From positions 1,376,001 through 1,440,000 of the forward strand of contig AP038806.1 of the NCBI GenBank assembly GCA_047150005.1: a stretch of 64,000 bases of DNA, written 5' to 3'. Every line of letters begins with the position of its first letter. The first letter of the stretch is position 1. Below are positions 29,000-42,580 of this stretch, piece after piece. A program made the translations under genes and the position numbers. The notes under the pieces were generated by a model. The model did no database searches and was not told where the DNA came from. It worked only from the letters and a program-made list of their open reading frames with translations. Origin of the DNA: Nitrospira sp. GTDB taxonomy: Bacteria > Nitrospirota > Nitrospiria > Nitrospirales > Nitrospiraceae.

Positions 29000-30157
29000 A
29001 TGGGATGGCCGCGTCAGATCTTCTTCGGTGACGTGGACGCCATGTTCGCCTCCGCCGCGATCGTGAAGGCCCCGGAGTTGGCCGGCAAGCCCGTGGCGGT
29101 CGGCGGACAGGCGCCACGGGGCATCATCGCCGCCGCGAGTTACGCGGCGCGGGCATTCGGCGTCCACTCCGCCATGCCGACGGTCACGGCGATCCGCCTT
29201 TGTCCCGATCTCGTGCTGCTGCCTCCCGATCGCCCGCTCTACCGCCAACTGCACGACCGGATGCAACGCGTGACCGACCGCCTTTTTCCCACCGTGGAGT
29301 GGAGCAGCATCGACGAATTTTACGTCGACACCACAGACCTTCAGCGTTTGCATCCCGACCCGGCGGCATTGGGCCGCACGATCAAGCGGGCCATCTTCGA
29401 CGAAACCGGTCTCTGCTGCACGGTCGGAGCGTCCACCGGCAAAGTGACGGCGAAGATCGCGGCGGACGCGGCCAAGCCCGACGGTCTGCTGATCATCGCT
29501 CCGGGATCGGAAGCGGCGTTTCTGGCCAATCGGCCGCTTCGAGCGCTGCCGGGCATCGGTCCCAAGACCGGCGAGCGGCTGCAGACCATCGGACTGCGCA
29601 CGATCGCCGATCTGCTCGATCCGCGATGGGAGACGTCGCTGCGCCCGCTCTTCGGCCAGCGGCTCCATTGGGTGCGGGAACTCGCGCAGGGGATCGATCA
29701 CGAGCCGGTCGTGCCGGACCGCGAATCCAAGAGCATGAGCCATGAGACCACGTTCGAGCACGACACCGGAGACCCGGCCTTTATCGAGCGGGTGCTGCGC
29801 GGTTTCCTGACGGCGCTGGCTCGAGAACTCCGGCAGGAGGCCCTGGCGGCGGGCTCGGTGACCGTCAAGCTCAAGGACGCGCGATTCGCCGTGACGACGA
29901 AGCAGCGCCGGTTTCCCCGACCGCTCAACTACGACCCCGACATGTGGCCCACCATTAGAGAGAGCCTTCAGGAACTCATGAAGCCCGGAGTCGCGTACCG
30001 ATTGGCCGGATTGGCCGTGACCTTGCTGACTCCCGCGCCATCCGGACTCTTCGACGGGCGCCGCAGCAAGGCCATCGAGGCGATGGATGCCATTATCGCC
30101 CGGCATGGGTCGGGCGTGATGGGACTCGGCGGCGTCTCCCGGACGGACGACGAATAA
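29000..30157 (+). CDS. dinB: DNA polymerase IV (Y family)
   Basis: DVDAMFAS, AASYAARAFGVHSAM, SIDEFY, AKIAAD..KPDG, LPGIG. Confidence 0.95.
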   Translation: MGWPRQIFFGDVDAMFASAAIVKAPELAGKPVAVGGQAPRGIIAAASYAARAFGVHSAMPTVTAIRLCPDLVLLPPDRPLYRQLHDRMQRVTDRLFPTVEWSSIDEFYVDTTDLQRLHPDPAALGRTIKRAIFDETGLCCTVGASTGKVTAKIAADAAKPDGLLIIAPGSEAAFLANRPLRALPGIGPKTGERLQTIGLRTIADLLDPRWETSLRPLFGQRLHWVRELAQGIDHEPVVPDRESKSMSHETTFEHDTGDPAFIERVLRGFLTALARELRQEALAAGSVTVKLKDARFAVTTKQRRFPRPLNYDPDMWPTIRESLQELMKPGVAYRLAGLAVTLLTPAPSGLFDGRRSKAIEAMDAIIARHGSGVMGLGGVSRTDDE

Positions 30158-30201
30158 CCAGCCGGTTCCATCCGGGAGGCGGAGTCGGTATGATGGGCCG
30201 C

Positions 30202-30678
30202 ATGTCTACGAAAGTGTTGACCATGGGCGAACTGGTTCCCGCCCTGCAGCGCGCCCGCGCCTCGAACAAACGGGTCGTGTTCACGAACGGCTGCTTCGAC
30301 CTCATGCACGTCGGCCATACCCGCTATCTCGCAGCGGCCAAACAGCTCGGGGACCTGCTGGTCGTCGGCGTCAACAGCGACGACTCGGTACGCGCGTTGA
30401 ACAAGGCGCCCGGGCGTCCCGTGGTCCAGGATGCGCAACGGGCCGAAGTCCTGGCCGCGCTCGAGTCGGTCGACTATGTGGTCGTGTTCAGCGAACCGGA
30501 TCCGCTGAATCTGATCACGGCGATCCAGCCGGACGTCCTGGTCAAAGGCGGAGACTGGCCGGTCGACCGCATCGTCGGCCGCGACGTCGTGGAACGGCGC
30601 GGGGGAATGGTGAAAACGATCCCGCTCGTCCCAGGCGCCTCGACGACGTCGATCATTCAACGGATCCGCTCCATCTAA
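30202..30678 (+). CDS. rfaE2: D-glycero-beta-D-manno-heptose 1-phosphate adenylyltransferase
   Basis: FTNGCFDLMHVGH, VGVNSDDSV, LVKGGDW, STTSII. Confidence 0.95.
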   Translation: MSTKVLTMGELVPALQRARASNKRVVFTNGCFDLMHVGHTRYLAAAKQLGDLLVVGVNSDDSVRALNKAPGRPVVQDAQRAEVLAALESVDYVVVFSEPDPLNLITAIQPDVLVKGGDWPVDRIVGRDVVERRGGMVKTIPLVPGASTTSIIQRIRSI

Positions 30679-30875
30679 CTAAACCGTCTGGACCACGAAA
30701 CCGCCGAACTGCATGATCCGCGAGCACCAAGCCGACTCATTATCGCGACAGGGCCGACCCATCCGATCTCGCCGATCTCGCCGAGTTCGCTCGGATTCCA
30801 CTCCGGTCCGCCGCAGACTCAGGAACATGACCCCGCCGTTTCAGAAGCGGTCCTGACGATCGAGGAATCAGAACC

Positions 30876-34334
<3,459 letters not shown>

Positions 34335-34367
34335 TTGTCAACGACGCAGTGAGGGGTTCATCCACGC

Positions 34368-35270
34368 ATGGTTTCCCGATCCATTCGTTCTGCCGGTCCA
34401 TTCGTATCCCCGTTTGACCACCGATTGCGCCTGGCATGCGGCGGCTTGTTGCTGCTGCTGGCGAGTTGTACTCCGCCGCCCTCCGAGGAGAGGATCGTGG
34501 CCTTCGTCAATGGAAGGCCGATCTCGCAGGCGGAGTTCGAAGCCGAATGGAGCGAACTCCCGGAGGCGACCCGCGCGCGATATGAGAAAGAAGGAGGCAA
34601 ACCGCGCTTGCTCAGCGAAGTGATTACTCGGGAACTCTTGCTGCAGGAGGCACGCAGGCAGGGCCTGGACCAAAACGATCAGATCAGGGACCGAGCCCGC
34701 CGCTACAAGGAACGGTTGATGCTGGACGAGTTGCTGAAAGACCGCATCAAGACCAAGATCGAACTGACCAAGGAAGAATTGGACGCCTACTATGACAAGC
34801 ATGCGCGCCAACTGCTGACCCCCTTGAAAGTGCGGGTAGCCGTGATGCTGCTCCCGAACTTCCCCGCTGCGAAGGATCTCGAGAAGCAGGTGAATCTAGG
34901 CGGCGATTTCGGCAAGTTCGCCCAGCGCTACTCCATCGACACCAAGACCAAAGCCAACGGCGGAGACCTGGGGCCGTATCGCAAGGATCTGGTTTCGCCG
35001 GAAGTGGACGAAGTCATTCATCAGCTGAAACCGGGCATGACAAGCGCTCCCATCAAGACCGAAGCCGGTTATTATCTCGTCAGGATTACGGCGCTGGACC
35101 CCGAGATCATCCAGGCGGATTTGGCGACCAGGGAACGCCTCCGACAGGAACTGTTGAGCGAAAAGCGCCAGAAGCGCTTTGACGATGTCATCGCCGACAT
35201 TCGCGCCAAGGCGGTCGTCAAGATCGCCGACGTCTCCCGATTCGGCGCCGGGGATCTGGCCAACCGCTGA
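34368..35270 (+). CDS. PpiC/PrsA-type peptidyl-prolyl isomerase lipoprotein
   Basis: Lipobox LASC; FGKFAQRYS, GGDLG, SAPIKTEAGY. Confidence 0.88.
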   Translation: MVSRSIRSAGPFVSPFDHRLRLACGGLLLLLASCTPPPSEERIVAFVNGRPISQAEFEAEWSELPEATRARYEKEGGKPRLLSEVITRELLLQEARRQGLDQNDQIRDRARRYKERLMLDELLKDRIKTKIELTKEELDAYYDKHARQLLTPLKVRVAVMLLPNFPAAKDLEKQVNLGGDFGKFAQRYSIDTKTKANGGDLGPYRKDLVSPEVDEVIHQLKPGMTSAPIKTEAGYYLVRITALDPEIIQADLATRERLRQELLSEKRQKRFDDVIADIRAKAVVKIADVSRFGAGDLANR

Positions 35271-35435
35271 TACACCCTCCGAGTCTTTCCTAGCCCTGTG
35301 GCATCCGACCGGCCTGTAGGCCATCGGGCTGCCCTTCCTCATTCGGGCCCGTCTCCTGTAGAATCGACGGATTATGAACCGGGATCGCTCGCCTGCTCGG
35401 TCGTACCGGACCAGGCCATTCTCCTTTCCTACGTG

Positions 35436-36455
35436 ATGATCCGTCCAACCTCATTGATCACACGGCTCGTCGCGGGCGGCGTATGCGGGGCCTTGGCATT
35501 GCTGCTTGATCAGCCTCCCGCCGAGGCGGCCCGTGTCGAAGACCGTATCGTCGCCATCGTGAATGCCGACCTCATCATGCTGTCGGAGATGAATCGGGAG
35601 CTCAAGCCGGAGAAAGATCGTATTCAGAAGCAGTACCGGGGCGCGGAGCTGATCCGGCAACTCTCGATCGCCGAATCCATGACGCTGACCGCCATGATCG
35701 AACGCCGCCTCCAACTGCAGGAGGCCAAAGCCCGTTCAGTCGAAGTGACCGATCAGGAAGTGAAACAGGCGGTCCACCAGCTCAAGCAACAGGGCGAAAA
35801 ACTGGACGAGAAGGACCCCGCGAACATGAAGGCGGTCCGGGAGCAGCTGACGCTCCTCAAGGTGGTCGACCGGGAAGTCCGCAGCGGCGTGATGGTCGCG
35901 GATCCAGAAATGAAGCGTTATTACAACGAGCACCGCGACCGCTTCTCGTTGCCGGAAGAATACACGCTCAGCCAGATCCTCATACGGCCGCGTTCGCCAG
36001 ACGACCTATCGGACGCGACCGAAAAGGCGCACACGGTCGTGAAATTGCTCAAGCAAGGCGAGTCCTTTGAAGATCTCGCGCTTCGGTATTCGGACGGAGC
36101 CAACGCCTCCCGCGGCGGGCGGTTGGGTCTCGTGCGCCAGGGAGAGTTGCTGCCGGCAATCGAGCGGGGTGTCTCGAAGCTGGTGCCGGGCGGGATTTCC
36201 GATGTGATTCAGTCACCGGAGGGCTTCCACATTGTCAGACTGGACGACAAGAAGCCCAAGCAGTTTCGCCCGTATGATGAAGTGCGGTTGGAAATTCAGT
36301 CCCTCGTGTATCAACAGAAGAGCGAGGACATGTTCCAGAGCTGGTTGGCGGACCTGAAAAACAAGGCATATATCGAAATCAAGTTCGAGTCCGCTCCTTC
36401 AGCACCGCCCAAAGGCGATCCCTCCCCTCGCCCGTTGTCGACGAATACGCGATGA
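35436..36455 (+). CDS. surA: SurA-like chaperone/PPIase
   Basis: DRIVAIVN, FEDLALRYS, GGRLG, GFHIV; start uncertain. Confidence 0.82.
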   Translation: MIRPTSLITRLVAGGVCGALALLLDQPPAEAARVEDRIVAIVNADLIMLSEMNRELKPEKDRIQKQYRGAELIRQLSIAESMTLTAMIERRLQLQEAKARSVEVTDQEVKQAVHQLKQQGEKLDEKDPANMKAVREQLTLLKVVDREVRSGVMVADPEMKRYYNEHRDRFSLPEEYTLSQILIRPRSPDDLSDATEKAHTVVKLLKQGESFEDLALRYSDGANASRGGRLGLVRQGELLPAIERGVSKLVPGGISDVIQSPEGFHIVRLDDKKPKQFRPYDEVRLEIQSLVYQQKSEDMFQSWLADLKNKAYIEIKFESAPSAPPKGDPSPRPLSTNTR

Positions 36456-36981
36456 CCGGCAAACGGTCGTCAAGACCCAATTCCGCCCCCAACCGGCGCA
36501 GGGCGGCGACCCGCTCGCTCGGCTTCAGCTTGTCCACTTTCGTCGCCACGACGACCGGGAGATGACCGATGGAGAGGAGCCATTCGATCGTCGCCCGGTC
36601 CTGAGCGGCGGGCACCCGGCTCTCTACGAGCAGCACGACGATCCGGACCTCTTCCCGGCCGGTCAGGTATGCCTCGATCAGCGGTCCCCATTGTGCGCGG
36701 ATCGACTTCGAAACCTTGGCGTATCCGTATCCCGGCAGATCCACGAGCACAAACCGCGAGAGCTGTACATCGCCCGTGACTACGGAAAAGATATTGACGG
36801 CCCTGGTCTTACCGGGCGTTCGGCTGACCTTCGCCAAGCTTTTCCGTTGCAGCAGGGAGTTGATCAGCGAGGACTTGCCGACGTTCGAACGGCCGACGAA
36901 CGCGACCTCCGGCAGACCGCCGTTCGGAAACTGTTCGGGGCGGACGCAACTTCTGATAAACTCGGCCGTCAGAATCTTCAT
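36379..36981 (-). CDS. engB: Ribosome biogenesis GTPase YihA/EngB
   Basis: GRSNVGKSSLIN, SRTPGKT, DLPGYGY, TKVDK. Confidence 0.96.
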   Translation of the reverse strand: MKILTAEFIRSCVRPEQFPNGGLPEVAFVGRSNVGKSSLINSLLQRKSLAKVSRTPGKTRAVNIFSVVTGDVQLSRFVLVDLPGYGYAKVSKSIRAQWGPLIEAYLTGREEVRIVVLLVESRVPAAQDRATIEWLLSIGHLPVVVATKVDKLKPSERVAALRRLGAELGLDDRLPVIAYSSTTGEGRDRLWAVLKERTRT

Positions 36982-37010
36982 CTTGTCCACCATCGTCATA
37001 GGCAGCCTCC

Positions 37011-37742
37011 GTGCGGAAGTCAACACCACGTCGACGAACGCGTCTGGCCGCAGGACTTCTCCTGTGCGGCGCGATCGGTTTGGCGGCGTTCGGACTCTTT
37101 TGGCTACTCGCCATGCCCGATGTATCCGCGCTCCGCACGGCGAATCCCACGATCACGGCTCTCATTGAGGCGCGACAAGCCCAGGCCAAGGAGCAAAGTC
37201 GTTCCATCGGGCGCCATTGGATCTGGGTCCCGCTCTCCCGCATCTCGCCGTATCTCCGGCAGGCGGTCGTCGCGGCAGAGGACGCGTCGTTCTTCTCGCA
37301 CGAAGGATTCGATTGGGAAGGCCTGAAGGACGCCGCGCTCTACGACCTGGAAAAGGGCGAGCTGAAACGCGGAGGCAGTACGATTACTCAACAGCTGGCC
37401 AAGAACCTGTATCTGTCTTCCGAGCGTTCCCTGCTCCGGAAAGCGCACGAGGCATTGATTACGCGATCCCTCGAACAGCACCTCTCGAAGGACCGGATCC
37501 TCGAACTGTATCTGAACGTGGCGGAATGGGGGAACGGAGTCTACGGAGCCGAGGCCGCTTCCCGTCATCATTTCATGAAGCCGGCCCGCGACCTGTCCGC
37601 CGATGAAGCAGCCTGGCTCGCGGCCATGTTGCCCGCGCCGCGTCGATATGATCCGCTCAGAAAGACCACAGCTCTGACCCGTCGTCATGAGCGCATCTTG
37701 CGGCGCATGAGCAAAGTTTCGACAAGGCCGGTCACACGATAG
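37011..37742 (+). CDS. mtgA: Monofunctional peptidoglycan transglycosylase
   Basis: AEDASFFSHEGFD, RGGSTITQQLAKNL, LELYLN. Confidence 0.95.
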   Translation: MRKSTPRRRTRLAAGLLLCGAIGLAAFGLFWLLAMPDVSALRTANPTITALIEARQAQAKEQSRSIGRHWIWVPLSRISPYLRQAVVAAEDASFFSHEGFDWEGLKDAALYDLEKGELKRGGSTITQQLAKNLYLSSERSLLRKAHEALITRSLEQHLSKDRILELYLNVAEWGNGVYGAEAASRHHFMKPARDLSADEAAWLAAMLPAPRRYDPLRKTTALTRRHERILRRMSKVSTRPVTR

Positions 37743-37867
37743 GTCCGTGGCCTGGACGACGTTCAGATTGCAGCTTAGGCCGGCCCTCGAACGGCACGAT
37801 CACCCGCATCGATGAGGATCAGGTACGGCGTCGATCGGAACGCCGCCAAGAAAAGGATGGCAGTAGG

Positions 37868-38305
37868 CTATCGCGACTCGTGTGCATCTCCGACTTCCGG
37901 TACGTCCCGCTCCCCGAAGATGGCGGATTCATGCGTGTAATACTTGAACTCCAGCAGATTGTCCGAAGGATCTTGGAGAAAATAGGTGTGGTGTTCGATC
38001 CTGGTGCCTGGAAATCGCACCCGGGGCTGCTGGTAGAACGAGAGTCCCCTGGACCTGGCGCGATCCGCAAATTCCTGCCACTGCGCCTTCGACAGAAAGA
38101 CGAGGCCGAAATGCCGCGGATAGATACCCCGCTGCGGCTGCGGCGCATCCACCAGATGGGCCACGAGCTGATGGCCGGCCAGGCCGAACGTCATGGCCCG
38201 CTCCGATTCGCGCCCGAGCGTACAACCTAACCCGTCGAGATAGAACCGCTTGGCGGCCTGACGGTCGTGAATGGGAAAGGCCAGGTGAAACAGGACTTCG
38301 TTCAT
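37868..38305 (-). CDS. VOC/glyoxalase family protein
   Basis: FHLAFP, GHQLVAH, PRHFG, DPSDNLLEFK. Confidence 0.9.
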   Translation of the reverse strand: MNEVLFHLAFPIHDRQAAKRFYLDGLGCTLGRESERAMTFGLAGHQLVAHLVDAPQPQRGIYPRHFGLVFLSKAQWQEFADRARSRGLSFYQQPRVRFPGTRIEHHTYFLQDPSDNLLEFKYYTHESAIFGERDVPEVGDAHESR

Positions 38306-39186
38306 GTCCAACGATCCCTCACAGTTGGACTGCCTGTGCCGCCCCACCAGCCGGCCGCCATCCGAGAGGTGACGTGAGCGATGGCGAACCGCCCGTTCTG
38401 GGACACAATCAACATACCAGCCGCTCCGTGAATCCGCGAGACCAACTGGTTCAAGATCCGCCGGGCGACGGTCATCGGGCTTTCGCCCTTGGCCAGCCGC
38501 TCGCAGACGGTCCCGGCCAGGGCGAGACGGATGATGCCTTCACCGATGCCCGTCATCGACACCCCGCCTGACCGATTGTCCGCGTAGACGCCGCAGCCGA
38601 TCAACGGGGTGTCGCCCACCCGGCCGGGCAACATGCGCTCGATCCCGCCGGTAGACGCTCCGGCCGATACCGTACCGGTTCGGTCCAATGCCACGGCCCC
38701 GACTGTTCCATGTCGCTCCCCTGTTGTGGACTTGCGGGCGAGCAAGCGATCGTACGACAGCCCCGGACGAGCCCGCGTCCGCGGGAGTTGTTGCAGTTTG
38801 AAGTGACGGGCGAACTTGGTAGCCGACGGACCGACCAATAGCACGTGATCCGTTTTTTCCATGACCAATCTGGCCGCGGTGATCGGATGAACAATGCCCT
38901 CGACTGAGGCGACTGCGCCGGCCCGCAAGCCCTTTCCCTCCATGATGGACGCATCCAACCGCCGCACCCCGTCGAGTTGCCGGTAGGCCCCGCGACCGGC
39001 GTTGAACGCTCCGCTTTCCTCCAAGATGCCGATTGCGCATTCGACGGCGACCAGGGACGGGCCCCCTCGTTCAAGGAGGTCATATCCGGCCTTCAGAGCC
39101 ACCCTCAGGCTTTCGGCTTGTTGCGAAGTCATGGGATGACGGCCTGCACCGCCGTGGACTAGCAGAAGAGGAGGAAGACGTGTCAA
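38302..39186 (-). CDS. iaaA: Isoaspartyl peptidase/L-asparaginase (Ntn hydrolase)
   Basis: VHGGAG, FNAGRG, GTVGAVA, STGG, GRVGDTP. Confidence 0.92.
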   Translation of the reverse strand: MTRLPPLLLVHGGAGRHPMTSQQAESLRVALKAGYDLLERGGPSLVAVECAIGILEESGAFNAGRGAYRQLDGVRRLDASIMEGKGLRAGAVASVEGIVHPITAARLVMEKTDHVLLVGPSATKFARHFKLQQLPRTRARPGLSYDRLLARKSTTGERHGTVGAVALDRTGTVSAGASTGGIERMLPGRVGDTPLIGCGVYADNRSGGVSMTGIGEGIIRLALAGTVCERLAKGESPMTVARRILNQLVSRIHGAAGMLIVSQNGRFAIAHVTSRMAAGWWGGTGSPTVRDRWT

Positions 39187-39752
39187 TTGAGCAGCAGGTC
39201 CCGGGCATGACGATAGGCCGGGTCTCGCATGCGATCCAGATCGGAGCGCACGAATCCCAATCCGGTCACGCAGAGTTCAAAGTTCTCGGAGAGCTTCCTG
39301 AACAGCGGAAGCTCGTCCGGTCCCGGATCACGGGCCATTTCAGCCACGATACCGTAGGAGCGCTTACCGGCTTTGACATAATCGACGAGAAAGTCCTGGT
39401 GATAGATCAGACCGGCAGTTTTCAGTCGGCGCAGGTATTCCGGAAAGAGACCGGCCATGAACAGGGTGAAATCGCCTATATGCTGATGGACGTCCCGTTC
39501 TCGCTCCATAGACTGCGCCCCGTACAGCACCTCGGACTCATACAGGAGCTCGACCACGGTATCGAGAGGTTTGCCCTGCTGGTTGCGGACCTTATACAGC
39601 TGGTCCGTGCTTGCGAAATCGACCAGGAGATTCGACAGGTAGGTGGTCACGTTCAGATCGGGCCAACCCAGGTGTTCCGTAAAGCTCTTCTCGGTCAATG
39701 CCCCGAAAAGCTGCCGAAGCGGATGTCGAGGAGGAACCTCTGTTCCCATCAC
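39183..39752 (-). CDS. Conserved hypothetical protein
   Basis: YLSNLLVDF, HIGDFTLFMAGLFPE, GKRSY; GGGAGGG RBS and TGTTATACT extended -10 upstream. Confidence 0.8.
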   Translation of the reverse strand: MMGTEVPPRHPLRQLFGALTEKSFTEHLGWPDLNVTTYLSNLLVDFASTDQLYKVRNQQGKPLDTVVELLYESEVLYGAQSMERERDVHQHIGDFTLFMAGLFPEYLRRLKTAGLIYHQDFLVDYVKAGKRSYGIVAEMARDPGPDELPLFRKLSENFELCVTGLGFVRSDLDRMRDPAYRHARDLLLN

Positions 39753-39861
39753 GCCCTCCCTGCTATGACCTTCTGCGCCTAGTATAACAGAGTAGCCGCC
39801 AGTCGCATCCTGTGTGCTTCATGCGTCGGACGGAACACTTCCTAAAACCAGACTCGGCCGG

Positions 39862-40302
39862 TCAACGGGTCTCCAGCACGAAGGTCACCGGTCCGTCGTT
39901 CACCGAATCTACGGCCATATGGGCGGCGAACACCCCCGTTTCCACCGGTACGCCTCGTTCACGCAATTCGCCGATGACGAACTCATACAAACGCTTCGCT
40001 TCCGTGGGCGCCGCCGCCGCCTCGAAGCTCGGACGGCGGCCGTTTCTGGTGTTGCCCAACAGCGTGAATTGGGAGACGAGGAGCACCGAGCCCCCCGTAT
40101 CCGTGAGGGATCGATTCATCTTGCCCCGGTCGTCGGAGAATATCCGCAGCGTACGCAGCTTCTCGGCCAGCGAGCGGCCGTCGGCTTCCGTATCCCCATC
40201 GGCCACCCCCAGAAGGACCAGCAGCCCATCGCGAATCTGTCCCACGATCTGTCCGTCCACTTCCACAGATGCCCTTGCAACGCGCTGGATGACAGCCCTC
40301 AT
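39862..40302 (-). CDS. dtd: D-aminoacyl-tRNA deacylase
   Basis: [26 protein letters not shown]. Confidence 0.97.
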   Translation of the reverse strand: MRAVIQRVARASVEVDGQIVGQIRDGLLVLLGVADGDTEADGRSLAEKLRTLRIFSDDRGKMNRSLTDTGGSVLLVSQFTLLGNTRNGRRPSFEAAAAPTEAKRLYEFVIGELRERGVPVETGVFAAHMAVDSVNDGPVTFVLETR

Positions 40303-40310
40303 TGAGCTTC

Positions 40311-40377
40311 CGTATCTCGTGGTTCGTATCTCACCAAATATATCTCGGCCACAGGAATCGCCTGCGCTTCACGCTTC
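40311..40377. repeat. Heptamer inverted-repeat element, copy E (degenerate)
   Basis: CGTATCT CGTGGTT CGTATCT CACCAAA TATATCT CG ... CGCTTCA CGCTTC; fills the ogt-dtd junction. Confidence 0.75.
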
Positions 40378-40905
40378 CCTCTCCGCTCGGCGGCGACGCA
40401 GCGAAGACAGGGTTCCTTCCAAGTGGAGCAGTCGTCGCTTCATCGGCAGGCCTCCGGAGAATCCTCCCAGCGAGACATCATGAGCCACGATCCGATGGCA
40501 GGGGATAATGATGGGAATCGGATTGGCTCCGACCGCATTGCCGACGGCTCTGGCATACCTGGCCCCTCCGACGCGAGAGGCGACCCACCGATAGGAGCGC
40601 AGGGAGGCGTACGGCAGGCGCTGAAGCACCCGCCAGACCCGCTGTTGGAATATCGTTCCGCGCTGAACGTCCAGCGGAAGACAAAACGAATGGCGGCGGC
40701 CCGACAGATACAGTTTCAGCTGCTCTCTCGCTTGCCGCAATCCGTGGGTGGCGCGGCCGATCATGACCGGCCCCGTGGCCTTTCGAAGACTCCGTTCGGC
40801 TTCCTGCCTGCTCGTTTTCGGCAGGCTGACGGCGCAGATACCTTTGGCGGATTCGGCAATACCGACCCAGCCCCAGCTTGACTGAAAGACCGTTGCTCGG
40901 ACCAT
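40369..40905 (-). CDS. ogt: Methylated-DNA-protein-cysteine methyltransferase
   Basis: FQQRVW, ARAVG, NPIPIIIPCHRI. Confidence 0.95.
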   Translation of the reverse strand: MVRATVFQSSWGWVGIAESAKGICAVSLPKTSRQEAERSLRKATGPVMIGRATHGLRQAREQLKLYLSGRRHSFCLPLDVQRGTIFQQRVWRVLQRLPYASLRSYRWVASRVGGARYARAVGNAVGANPIPIIIPCHRIVAHDVSLGGFSGGLPMKRRLLHLEGTLSSLRRRRAEREA

Positions 40906-40914
40906 GCCTCGCGC

Positions 40915-42531
40915 CTAGCCTCTCAGGAGACGCCCCAGTCTTCGTTGCACCATTCCCCACACGAGCTGCAATTCCTCCGAGCCGAACATGGCCTGCACAC
41001 CGGCGTATCCGCTTGCGCTGACTATGACCGCCAGCCCCAGCGTGGCGGACTTTACCGCCCAATCGCCCTGATGGCTCCAGATCTCGGCTCCGGCTGCCCA
41101 GAGACACACCCCGATCAACGGCACACACGCGACCACTGCCCTCAGCGACGAGCGGCCGATCGATCGCCAATCGACACCACCCAGTCGCCGGGTCAACATC
41201 ACCACCAGGATGCCTCCGTTGAGCATAGCCGCCAAGGCGGTGGCCAAGGCCAATCCCGGAGCACCCAACGGAGCCATGAGCACCAGCGAGAACGCGATGT
41301 TGCCTATGACGGCCACGGCGGCGGAGATGGCCGGGGTTCTCGTATCCTGCAAGGAATAGAACGCAGCAACGATGATACGGAGACCGGCGAAGGCCCAGAG
41401 GCCGACCGCATAGCAGAGCACGGCCGTGGCCGTGGCGACCGTGTCGGCGTGAGTGAAGGAGCCATGCTCGAAAAACAGATGCACCAGCGGCACGCGCAGC
41501 AGGATCAAGCCCAGCATCGCCGGCAGAATGATGAACAGGATCATACGGATTCCGAAGCCCACGGTAGTGGCCAATTCGTCCAGGGCACCCTTCGCTGCTT
41601 GCGCGGACAGTGTCGGCAGGATGGCCGTGGCCAGCGCGACCCCGAAAATTCCCAGTGGAAATTGGATCAACCGCATTCCATAGAACAGATAGGTCGGTCC
41701 ACCTGAGAAAAAGGACGCCAAGATCGTGCTGACCGTAATATTGATCTGCGTGACCGATAGACCCAGCAGCGACGGCACCATCAACGTGCCGATTCGCCGC
41801 ACGCCGGGGTGACTCGGCTCCAGCCGAAACCCGAACAGCATGCCGCGCAATTTGAGCCCGGGCAGTTGCATCGCAAACTGGGCCGCTCCCCCGGCCACGA
41901 CGCCGATCGCGACCCCGAGAATCGGCTCCGGCAGCGCTGGGGACAGGAACAACGAGCAGCCGATGATGAACAGATTGAAAAACACCGGCGAAAACGCCGG
42001 GGCGGCGAAGGCGCGCAGCGAATTCAGAATGCCCATGGCCAGCGCCGCCAGGCTGATGAAGAGCAGGTAGGGAAACATGATGCGCGTCAGCAGCGTCGTC
42101 ATCTCCAATTTCGCAGGGTCGCCGTGAAACCCGGGGGCCAGAACCCAGACGATGGCGGGCGACGCGAGCACGCCGAGCAGGGTAATCCCGGTGACGATGG
42201 TCAACAGCGTCGTGAACACCGCGCTCGCCAACTCCCATGCATCCTGTTTGGACTTCAACGTCTGATATTCGGTGAACACGGGAATGAACGCCGAGGACAT
42301 GGACCCTTCTGCAAACAGCTCGCGCAACAAGTTGGGAATGCGATAGGCGACGAAGAAGGCGTCGGCGGCCGGCGTCGCCCCGAACAGGCGGGCCAGCACC
42401 ATGTCTCGAATGAAACCCAGAATACGGCTCGAGAACGTGGCAATCCCGATGAGCCCGGCGGCCTTGACGACCGAGCGGGTTTCTTCCGGAAGTTGGACCG
42501 GAACCGCTTGTCCGGCGGGAGATCGGGACAT
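40915..42531 (-). CDS. murJ: Lipid II flippase MurJ
   Basis: SRILGFIRD, ADAFFVAYRIPNLLRELFAEG, RLIQFPLG. Confidence 0.97.
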   Translation of the reverse strand: MSRSPAGQAVPVQLPEETRSVVKAAGLIGIATFSSRILGFIRDMVLARLFGATPAADAFFVAYRIPNLLRELFAEGSMSSAFIPVFTEYQTLKSKQDAWELASAVFTTLLTIVTGITLLGVLASPAIVWVLAPGFHGDPAKLEMTTLLTRIMFPYLLFISLAALAMGILNSLRAFAAPAFSPVFFNLFIIGCSLFLSPALPEPILGVAIGVVAGGAAQFAMQLPGLKLRGMLFGFRLEPSHPGVRRIGTLMVPSLLGLSVTQINITVSTILASFFSGGPTYLFYGMRLIQFPLGIFGVALATAILPTLSAQAAKGALDELATTVGFGIRMILFIILPAMLGLILLRVPLVHLFFEHGSFTHADTVATATAVLCYAVGLWAFAGLRIIVAAFYSLQDTRTPAISAAVAVIGNIAFSLVLMAPLGAPGLALATALAAMLNGGILVVMLTRRLGGVDWRSIGRSSLRAVVACVPLIGVCLWAAGAEIWSHQGDWAVKSATLGLAVIVSASGYAGVQAMFGSEELQLVWGMVQRRLGRLLRG

Positions 42532-42580
42532 GATTCGGGATTCTAGCGGAAGGATGGCAGGCAGTCTATTGAACTGTCTC

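Noticed and set aside
30763..30790. Short 9-nt tandem repeat (CCGATCTCG twice plus a degenerate copy) before mfd
   Set aside because: Too short, different period from the heptamer family, no inverted partner
36379..36455. 77-bp convergent overlap of surA-like and engB 3' ends
   Set aside because: Involves a low-complexity tail; common in GC-rich genomes
40478..42238. 586-aa ORF overlapping murJ and ogt
   Set aside because: Alternative-frame, Arg/Gly-rich, no motifs
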